Shown here in pieces: positions 38,369 to 48,800 of a DNA stretch of 64,000 bases; positions within the stretch are counted from its first letter, which is position 1, and each line of letters begins with the position of its first letter. The stretch comes from Laetmonice hystrix (lineage: Eukaryota). Made by a program: the position numbers and the translations under genes. The notes below the pieces were generated by a model. The model ran no database searches, was not told the origin of the DNA, and worked only from the letters and a program-made list of their open reading frames with translations. Where the stretch lies: contig OZ249437.1 of assembly GCA_965235115.1 (NCBI GenBank), forward strand, positions 52,080,001 through 52,144,000, written 5' to 3'.

Positions 38369-40688
38369 GTATTATTACTTTTTACTATTACTTTTCTATA
38401 TCTTTGCTATTTGCAAAATTAAAAGGGACAAAGAAAGGAGGTACATGTATGGTATTTCTAGTCCTTAACTGTCCATGGGGAATATTGCTAGCAATGTGAA
38501 AATTAATGTTGCTCATAAATATAAAAAGGTAAATGAAGTCATAATGAAAGCTGCGCCTCAATCATAGTCAATATTATTGTTTTGTTTCGTTGTAATATTT
38601 TATGAGTAGTTGATTTTAAGAAGAGTTCATGAATTATTCCCAACCCCTAAGGTGGAGAAAAATGATGGCTTCAAATAACCTATTAGATTTGTTTTTTAAA
38701 ATTTGTCTACTTACAGATTCATAATGGCATACGCATAGTGCAAAACCATATCAAGAAGCAAAAGGAGTTGCTGACAGCCACTGTAGTTCCAGAGCCCACG
38801 CTTCACGTCACATTATTTGTCACCTTTCTGGAGGAAGAGGCTGATGTTGACAGGTATTTCTTATGAAACTCATGTAGTATGATGTCGGGTTACTCTGCTT
38901 TCTTTTGTCTGTTTATAGAAAAAAGAAACAATGAAAAATTGTTTTATGATAATCTTGAAGACAACATGAGGACCACTTCTAGCACCTGCCACCCAAACAG
39001 TATTGGTATCAATTTGTGAAACCTTTTTCGATTTTCCAGGGTGAAAAAGGCATTGGATGAATGTGTTCAGAAGCTGGAGACCTCTTGGGCGACGGACTGT
39101 CCTCCTTTATTGACAGTGTCTGGAATAGGTGACTTCCGCAATCAAGTTATCTTTGCCAAATTACAGAAGGGGCCAGAGCTAGACAGCCTCCACAATATAG
39201 CAGGTGGGTTAAACTTAAGGTGAAGTACAGGTATTTCAGTACAGGGGTTGCAGGATCCGCTTGCTCGCTTGCCTTGGCAAGTGCAAATGATGTCGTATAA
39301 ACCCGAGGGGTATTCATGTGTTGGGCGAGTAACCTTTTAGAGCTGTTTTGGCAAACTTTTACAAGGAAAACGTAGTGAAAACATAAACTTCTGCTCTTAT
39401 TGTGGTAACTGAACTGAACTGAAGCCATGGATTGAGTTAGTTATAATTATGAAATTTATGCTAAGAATTTAACCATTTTGTCATTAATTGTACTGCATAC
39501 ACTGACAACTTTATTGTATTTTATAGCAAAAAATCCATTTATTCACTTATTGTTGGACATGTGGGTACTTAATACTCTCTGCAGGTTTAGCCAGATCTTG
39601 TAATATTCTTCTTCTAGATACTGTGTTCGAAACCTTGACTTCCTGCAACGTTGCATCCACTGACAGTCGAGGATTCAAACCACACATCACCATCATGAAG
39701 CTGTCCAAAGCACCAAAACTTCGCAGAAAAGGTAAAGTCATGCTATTGAGTAGCATAGAGTTTATTGTTTGTTTCTATATACAGTAGGTCTCGCTGTATT
39801 GAGAAAGCTGCCTGTACAAGAGAGGTTGTGCATACAAAAAGGGTTGTGTGTTGCACCCTTCTCAACCCTTCTTGATTTTCCCCCTTCAACTCCAGCTTTT
39901 CCAAAATAGTAATGACGTTTACTCGGCGTGCATTATGGGCATGGCCTGTAGTTGTATTGTAAAACATTTTATGAGTCCATACTACCGTGATTCAGTACAG
40001 CTCCTCTGTTTGCAGGCATCAAGAAAATTAGCCCTGAATTGTATGATGCCTACTCATCAAGTGACTTTGGCTGCCAGCGCGTTCTCAGTCTGCAGTTGTG
40101 CTCCATGTTTAAACCTAAGGATGAGAAGGGATACTACCACGTTGAACACACTGCAAAATTCAGTGAGTGTCTATAAAGACTACCGGTAGTAATAGCAGAC
40201 CTGCCAACTACTATACATTTTGCATATCTGGTATTCATTTGACACTCCAGCTCAGCTGTTGTGCCCTCAGTGTTCAGAATGCATCAGAGACAACTATTTC
40301 GATTTTTCTGGGGGTGGACTCCCCCCCCCCCCCCCCCCGTACTGTATCTACGGCTGTTTGGGGCACGGGGCTGAATGTGCTACTCAAAAAAGTATGTTGG
40401 TTTTGTTGGCAGGTCTGTAATAGTGTTGATATGTCATATAGAATTGCCCAGGATTCATATATTATGTTTCATGAGTTATATTTATAAAAAATATTTCTTA
40501 ATGCCGTGCATGCTTAATTTACAATATTTTGTTGCATTTCTACAGAACTACCTGAAGATGAGCCTGGTGATGGGTCTGGTGGAGTCAATGTGGAATTTAG
40601 GCCATCCGGTGACATAGACAAGAGAACAGACAAGTTTATTGTGGAGTTTGAGAAAGAAGTGAAATGGACCTTTACACCTCCACCCTGA
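37373..40688 (+). CDS. AKAP7: AKAP7-like 2H-phosphoesterase (2',5'-PDE fold), 6 coding exons, ~567 aa
   Basis: Exons 37373-38368, 38717-38853, 39040-39203, 39618-39731, 40016-40162 and 40546-40688 all have GT-AG boundaries and consistent phases. Motifs are PNYFVAVQITN, LHVTL, GIGDFRNQVIFA, FKPHITIMKLSK and LQLCSM...GYY. The start codon is uncertain; possible upstream exons are 36237-36269 and 36463-36505. Confidence 0.85.
38717..38853 (+). CDS. AKAP7: AKAP7-like exon with first HxT motif (LHVTL)
   Basis: TTACAG| ... |GTATTT. Confidence 0.9.
39040..39203 (+). CDS. AKAP7: AKAP7-like exon (VKKALDEC...LHNIA)
   Basis: TTCCAG| ... |GTGGGT; phase 2 to 1. Confidence 0.9.
39618..39731 (+). CDS. AKAP7: AKAP7-like exon with second HxT motif (PHITI)
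   Basis: TTCTAG| ... |GTAAAG. Confidence 0.9.
40016..40162 (+). CDS. AKAP7: AKAP7-like exon (GIKKISPEL...GYYHVEH)
   Basis: TTGCAG| ... |GTGAGT. Confidence 0.9.
40546..40688 (+). CDS. AKAP7: AKAP7-like terminal exon (KLPEDEPG...FTPPP*)
   Basis: CTACAG|, in frame to the TGA at 40686-40688. Confidence 0.65.
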
Positions 40689-43387
40689 AGATCAACCCAA
40701 AAACAACCATATGTGGAGACTGTTATGTAATACATGATAATTCAGACATGAACATTCTCAATGAATTCGCGGATTTCCGCTTTTTTGAGATTGAAATTTC
40801 TGGTCTATGAGATCTATGTAAATCCGATGAGATCTCAAAATGCATAGAGGAGGCCAGGGGGTAGGGTGAAATTTGTCCAAATTCATCAAAACTAACCTTG
40901 TTCTGACCGATAATGTACCGATTACTTACAAAGTCATCGGAATCTGTTATAAAAACGTATTTATGCATATAACGTTACATCTTAAATACTTATAGAAAAT
41001 ATAAAGTCATAGATTATGGTGAAATGCGACGAAATTATTTGATCATTATGATGACAAGCCCCATATCAACGTTTTGTAGGCCTAAAGCCCAGATGCCAGG
41101 AAATCGGATCTAAGCCCATCAGATTGTGAAATTTTCCTACCAAGTGACACCTTATAAGATTTTGATATTTTCTCCTGTTCATGTCTGAAATATGAATCCG
41201 ACCTACGTATGCAATATGCTGTAGTTTTTGCTAAAGGGTCAAGCGATCTTAAAACTGGAGAATCCCATTGACATTAAGTGATTTCCCCCCACTATGCCGC
41301 ATGAGGGACAGTGCAGTGGCCTTTACGAACGCTGTAGTGGACCACTATGGTGTAAACGAATGGTGAGAACTCTGAATTGTTATTTGTGAAAACAGGGTAG
41401 GTATTTGTATTTCAGCAGAAAGTCTTTGTTAATTTGGACTGACCAATATTACAGTGAGGATAACAGGTACATGTACATATAGTCGCCTAAAGGATTGTTA
41501 AGCTGAGAAAACCAGTTGAACTAATTTATTTTGTTACCAGTTGAATATCTTCATGTCAGCCATTGAAAAATATTTATACAACTTCAAGTATAGACTTACA
41601 CCATAATTATGTCAAATTATGATCACAGTATATGTGATTTGGCTCAGATAAATCTCTTTTTTTATCATGCAGTAAAATTATGGTCACCCATTTTCTTAGG
41701 ATTTCAATCCATGATTGCAGTGTAAAGACAAGACGTTCATATCTTGCAATGTAGAACCCAAGGGAATTATCGTGAGTTTTGTGATGGTTGAGTACCCTGT
41801 CAGCATAACCAGATGAAAGGGTTCTGCATCTGATGAAATATTAACTGATACAGTGCCAGTACCAGGAGCAAGGTCAACTAGAATCAACTCCAAATTGCAG
41901 GAAAATGCCTTCTATTGTCCCCCCCCCCCCCCAGATATTGTGATTTGTATAGGTGTTCTTATCACAAGGGACGCGTAGCGATGTGTATACTTTGAAATAA
42001 TAAAACACTGAAGTATGAAATAATGGCCAGTCCTAGGGTATACATATTTTGAGATTGCAACTATCGTATACATGTATACCGGTATGTATCTGGTTGTCCT
42101 ATGAAGAAAGGACCTGGTGAAACAGGAATTGCTCAGCAACATATAAAAGGCTGTGAAACTGTCCAACTGTCAGAGATTCCGAAGACTACAGGGGTAGTGG
42201 TTACAAAAGGACTCATGGGTCTTGATGTCAACTGTAACAATGTAATGGCATTATTATTCAGACTCGGTTGAAACATGTGAGGCGCTCAAACCTCACTCTA
42301 GAAAAGGTGAAGTAGAATTGAAAAGTATGATTCCCAATACCAGATATGTGGTGGTTAGTCCCTGGTTTAGATTACGTTGGTATACTTTTAAATAGTAACC
42401 CGAAATGTACGGAATCACATAGGATTTTCGTGCAGAATGTGATGCCCTCCATGTTTAACATGACAACTTCATTTACAAGGAAAAGGGGGAAACCAAGGTG
42501 GTCGATCGAAACTATTTGTTATTTACTCGGATACAAATTATAACGGTAAGGGTAGGTTTTGAAAACGGCAGTCGCCTCGTCAAGTTAGGGGAATCGTCTT
42601 CGATGCTGTTTTCCCAGATAGGCAGCAGAATGCAATTGGTTTGAAAAGAGGAAAGATTCTAATACATGTATAGCAATAATGTGTTTAATAGTAGTAGTGT
42701 TGTTTGTTTTCGTTTATGTTGCTGTTGAATGATCTCTGTTATATAGTGAATTGTATCCCGTGTTCGCATGAAGTTAGGTTTGACCGCCAAGCCCACTGAT
42801 GTAACTAGGGTGAATGTTGAACATACATATGGGTTTATCCAGCACAGTGTCTGAGTGCAGCTTTTTCTGGTTCACACAGGTTATCCAGAGGTTGGATTTA
42901 GGGGGGAACGTGCCTTTTTCTACTTAATATTCTTTCTCTTCCTGCACCATATTCTGTCTTAATCTGTCTCTCCCCGAGTGTATCTCTCGCATCCTTTCTA
43001 CTTCAAACCTACACCTACGTCTGAAAATAATCCGAGGCCAGTAAGACGTAAGACTACGGGTTGTCCAAAGGTTTAGTTGGACTGTACATTTTCCGTACAT
43101 GTCAACATTGATAGTGCTAGCAAAGATAGTTTTATTCGAAAGGTATGGGCACAGCTGTTGATAGGGTAAACACATGTTAGTCCATTTGGAAATACTGCTA
43201 ATGGCCTTGATAGACAATTTCTAAAAAAAAAATCGTCTCGTTTTTGCTAAATCAAATGACGGGATAGCTGAACATGAAATAAATAGCCATGGGCTTTGTT
43301 CAAAGGTGCTGGCACACAAATTACCTGTCGTGTGCACAACAGGGTTGATGTGAGAGTAGCTGAGTCACAAGTGTCTTTGTGATGATA

Positions 43388-44244
43388 TATCGGGTGGATA
43401 AAAAAAAACGCCCCGAACTTTAAACTTTAATATTTCAAAAACTATGCACTATAATTCAATAAAATTTGTCTTAATATCCCTTCATGATATTATCTCTGGT
43501 ATGTTAAAGTTTCAGCTCAATAGCTTTGATATTAATCCCGTGGCGCTAAAAACAAAAATCGGTGTCTAAAAACGCAATGCCGGAATTAGGTCAAATATCA
43601 TGCAGCTGCCAGGTGTCCAATTTGACACCTGTTTGATGCACCGCATTGTACCTTGGGTAAAAAAAAATCAATATTTAGTTTTTGCATGTTTTACAATATG
43701 TATAATGTTGTGTACCACTAGATGTAATAGAATATGTGCTATTCCTAGTACTTTTAGAGAAAAACAGATGTTTAATGTGCCAAACCCTACACAGAAACTG
43801 CAACATTAGGACGATTATGACTGTAACGAGAAGTTCAAGGGAAATCGTATCATTATCACGTTTAGCAACACATTCAGAACGTTGCGTATTTCCCAATGTT
43901 GGGAATATATTTCCCTATCAGAGATTAGGAAGTGCATTGGCCCATGTAAAAAGAGACAGAGTAGTATGAAGTGAAAACGGGGGACCGATTGACCACTTAC
44001 TCGAGTGTGAGGCCAGGGACTCTGGGTGCGACTACAACTCGCTTTAGGCCGGCATTGCGCTTTTGTACAATAATTTTTGTTTTTAGCCCCACGGAAATAT
44101 TATCCAAGTTATTGAGTTGTAACATTAGCAACTAAGAGACAACATCATGAAGTGATATTAGGAAAAATTTCATTGAATTACAATCATTACTTTTTGAAAT
44201 ATTGAAGTTTAAAGTTCGGGGCGTTTTTTTTTATCCACCCGATA
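43388..44244. mobile_element. Tc1/mariner-type MITE with long imperfect TIRs
   Basis: TA flanks. TATCGGGTGGATAAAAAAAAACGCCCCGAACTTTAAACTT pairs with the end at 44244, and subterminal pairing extends ~200 bp (CCGTGG.GCTAAAAACAAAAAT...GCAATGCCGG). Confidence 0.85.
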
Positions 44245-45740
44245 TATCTCCTTTGCGAGGGAGAAAAAAATGTATTTGCACTAAAACTAATCTTGGATAG
44301 CTGGAGAAAGAAAAGCTCTCGCTCTGACGCAGAACATATTTGCATATTGATTCGCTTTCCTATGTGACCTACTTAAAATGAGAGGGAAGCGAGGAATGGA
44401 TATTATACTATTATTTATGGAGGATTGGTAACTTTACAAAAATGTGTCTAGCATAGCGCTGATAGTGCTTTCTTATAGGGGACTTTGTAAAATGGCTCTT
44501 CTCAAAACGGTCTTTAATGCTCTCTAGGTTCAATTACGTGAAGTAAGGTGACATTTCTATGCATTTCGTAGCATTAGTGCGTTCTTAGCATATGTTGTAT
44601 TGAACATCATGTTGAAAGCTTGCCCAGTAAGCAGTAGGGGCCGACTTCCTGTGAATGTATCCTACTGACATTGGCCTCAAATAAAATAAGAAATGGCCGG
44701 GAAAATATAGCTACGTCCCATCTCGCAGTAGCCCAGGACATGGTAATTATGTCATAGAAATAGGTTTAGATAACTCTAGTTTTAGGCATAGTTTGTTTAG
44801 TCAACCTCCTAGATCTTGCTGCAGTGATCCGGTGATATTTCTAGTCGAACTCTTTAAGTGCCGTGGTACATCCCATACATCGTAGCATACTACTTCTTAA
44901 CGTAAATTGGTGAGGTTACCTAAGGAGAAACGCATAGGTGGTATCTGAATGCTTTCGCACAGATAAATGCAATTGGTCTACCGACACCTTTATTACCTTA
45001 AAGTAGACAAGGTTTTGTATTCGAGGGGCATAATGGGCTTTCAATCGCAATGGTAACTGTGATTGTACATTGTCATGACTTGTGCTGTGAATAAGCTTAC
45101 GTGTTAATGCCGCGTTCTGCCAAAGGGTTATAATAGGGAACGAAAATTTCTATTGAATAAACTGTTTTCAGAACAACGGTTGTTTTCTTTGTGATAAAAT
45201 GTCAGCGGGGGGAGGGGGGGGGGGGGCTTATTAACAGATGGGCTGTTTCGTACTGACATCTTGTAATGGCATGAGGCATAGGTGAAAAATCAAGAATGGG
45301 AATTATCTCACTAAATCTGTCTGAAGCCATAGAATATAAAACAACCATTTCAGTTGATCTTTTCAAGACAGGACCGTGTGGTTGTCTGCATCATTCACGA
45401 ATGGTCATCAAACACGGAACTGCAGTGGACGAGTACATGTCATCTTCTAATATATGGCTTCCCCAGAAAATCGGTATTTTATCTTCTTCTGCTTCTTCTC
45501 CTACTACAGTAACTGGTTCTTCATCTACTACTACCTCTTTGTCTACAACTGCTTCTACTTCTTGGAAGGCCTTTCAAAGCTTCCTAGGGCACGCAGTTTA
45601 CCGTCAGGGGGAATACCGGTTAATTTGACAAACCATCGATGGTGCTGCCCCCTCTTAAAGGCCACCTTAACCACTGACCCGGATGAGTATGCACGCGTGG
45701 CCCACTGTGACAGTCGTGTTGACGTTTCCAAACCACGAAA

Positions 45741-45889
45741 ATGGACACGTCATCATTACCCAAAGATTTCTGGTTGAATTTAACTATTCTCAGAGATAGC
45801 TTGGTCAACAAAGAAAGGCTAGCCACGCTCCAAAAACAATGTAATAACGGTGCAGAGGCTGACGCTGTAGACAACGATTTACCGACCAG
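45741..45889 (+). CDS. SPO11: SPO11 exon 1 (MDTSSLPKDFWLNLTILRDSL...)
   Basis: ATG at 45741 and donor CAG|GTAGGC; phase 2. Confidence 0.75.
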
Positions 45890-48800
45890 GTAGGCCGCCC
45901 TAGGCTAGGGCCTTGCCAAGTAAAGTAGCCTAGCCCTAGGCTAGGGCTAGGGTAAACCTAACTTAGATTTAGATTTAGCCACTGATTACAGCTTTGGTCA
46001 GCTTAGGCGGCTACATTACCTAGTAGGCTTAGCTATGTGTCTTGTGACGTTGTGTGGAGGGTAGGACCATGGGGCCTAACGTCTTAGGGCCCCCATAACG
46101 TTAAAGTTGGGCTGTCTAGAATGCGTTTCCCTAGCGGTAACCCCGAGCATTATTACTATTAGCCGCCGCCGTGGCCCATTCGTCACGTGAATGAATGAGT
46201 TCAATAGGGTTCAAAAATTTGTTCAAAGCAAACTACACAGGACATACAAAACATAAATAAAAACATTTGTACAAAAACACACATTACCAGAGAAAGGATA
46301 TAGGAACATAAGCTTGTCTTTGCTTGTATTGCGCCACCTGGGCGCCACCTGGTGGATTATTTGTAGTAGTAATTTAGGGGCCTGGCCAGGCGTCTGATTC
46401 ATGCATGGTTTCCCGGTCTTCAACGAATTAAGTGCTAAGGAAGTAGATCTATGTTTGTTGCTAAAGGTTCCCCCTGATACTCAGTAGCGTAAGCGCCATT
46501 GTTTCCATTTTGCCCGTAAATACCGCTTGAAGTTTCGACCAAGGTTTTGAAATGACTGGAATGTCCCTCAACCTTGGTGTCTTGTGATTTATCTGTTTTA
46601 TTAAATTTATATTTTATAAGAAAGTTTATATAAGTATTCTATCAAACTGACGTGTTAAATTCCTTTGTTTTTCTTGCCCAAGATGCACCAAGTGCCAGGG
46701 AAAGAAGGCAAAATTTCAAAATTTTCTGGGGATGCCCTTATATAATGTCCTATGAATGCGTCACCTTTAGGCTTTGAACAGTTCAGCCCCCAGGTAAATT
46801 TTTTTTCTGCCGCCTATGCGTGTATTTAGATACCTAGTTAATAAAAATGTGTTTTGTAGGTTTTGTCTGGTTGCGCGATCACGTTTACCAATAGGCCTAG
46901 CTCTATACCATAAAATGTTGCGGCGTCTAGTAGGCTACACTAAATGATAGTTTGAAGTGCTCTTTTCGTACTCCTGCATTATGCCCTATGTTTCATTTAA
47001 TATAAATCAGTCTCAACGAGAGATCAGCAAAAAGCAAATAGGGGCATAACACCCCACAGAATTCGTGAATTTTCAGTCGGAGCCCCCGGGGCACCTTCTG
47101 ACCCCCCCCCCCCCTGCAAAATCGTGGATCCGCCCCTGGGCCTACCACAGTAACTGCATGTATGCTATTTTTATTAGCGATAGCAGAGATCTTGACTCCA
47201 CCAGCTCTGGTGATAGTGATGATGGCCAATACAATAACAAGAACAATATCTTTGTAATGACGTCATGGCAGGGAAGAGGTCATTAGGAGGTTAGAAGCGG
47301 TTATCACAAGTGTTATAGAGGGCCTGGCTAATGGGGAAGCTCCCTACATCACCTACCGCAGGCGAGACACGTGGGACAACGTGAGGTAAGTTAACTGACG
47401 TAGGTGTATCCAGTTGTCCTGGCCGGAGGGAGGGGGAGAGCTTACCTGAAGGTGTGGAGATCTTTAATATAAACCCTCACTATTTATCAAACGTGTAGGT
47501 GCTAAAGAATATATGAATATCAAACAATAAAAGTATGTCAGTGGGTCTCACAGTTAGTACGGTATCTTAATATTTTAGGTACCAAGAGGGACTTGGTCTT
47601 GAATTAGTTCCGAACTCCAGTGAAACCGTCGTCAGGTTTGATTCAGTGCAGTCAATTCGAAAGTTTGGTGAGTAAACTTTTATAGAATTCAGGTGCGGGT
47701 TCATGACCTAGGGGGAGTGGCAGCACATGGATTAATTCAATGCATGTCGTTATAATAGGAGCCTACTATGCCACCGGAGTAGATCTATAAATTTGGTTTC
47801 TTTAATTAACAGCACTGACACTGCGCGTACTTGCAATTATCCATGGATTACTGCAGACCAACACGTACAGTACAAANNNNNNNNNNNNNNNNNNNNNNNN
47901 NNNNNNNNNNNNNNNNNNNNNNNNNNNNNNNNNNNNNNNNNNNNNNNNNNNNNNNNNNNNNNNNNNNNNNNNNNNNNNNNNNNNNNNNNNNNNNNNNNNN
48001 NNNNNNNNNNNNNNNNNNNNNNNNNNNNNNNNNNNNNNNNNNNNNNNNNNNNCTCACAATTTGCCTCACAAAAACCTCCAATGAAACCGACGTTGACTAA
48101 ATAGGCTGCCTGGTTTATGTTCACCCATGTAGAGACATGTACTACCAGGATACGCAGTCGTTCGGCACCCAGACCACCGTCGATTCTATCGTCGACAACA
48201 TCACCTGTATGCTCAGGGTGTCCCGTGCCCGCCTCCACGTGGTTTGTATCCCTCCTCCTGGGTAACTTCATAAGAATTAAAATAAATGTATTATTTCGGA
48301 GACAATTTAGTTACTCTTTGTGAACCGTCAATTCCATAAAAAGGAAGCTGGGGGGTGTGTGTGTGTGTGGGGGGGGGGGGTCCTAAATTTTCCAGGGGTG
48401 CCACGCCCCCTGCCCCCGTCTCCGTGGTTCCAAGCCTGCTGTCTTGCAAGCATTAGGCCTGGTTGGTGTTGGTTGAGAAAAATAACATTTAATCTGAAAG
48501 GAATATATTTGAGGGCGTAGGGACCTCTCTGTCAACCAACACCAAGTAAAACTTCTGAGATTAGCTCCAGAGGGCAGCACAGTAAATTGACTGGCTTCAG
48601 GTTGTGCCCAAACAAAGAACGTCTTTGGCCCAAAGCAGAACGGTACCATACTCACCAGGTGGCGCCAGTGGGGCGCGAGTGTGGAACGGTACAAGACCCG
48701 GCAGCAGCGTTTGCATTCCAATGCCCCACCTGTTCTCTTTCCCCTGATAAGGTAAAAAGCCATCAGTTAAAGTTCAGTTTGAAGTTAGGCTGGAAACATA

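Noticed and set aside
41696-45620. TOP6BL/MTOPVIB next to SPO11 (an operon-like Topo VI pair)
   Set aside because: It is an attractive idea, but only a DVGVG fragment at ~43015 hints at it. That fragment is followed by a stop, and no GHKL or transducer similarity is recognisable.
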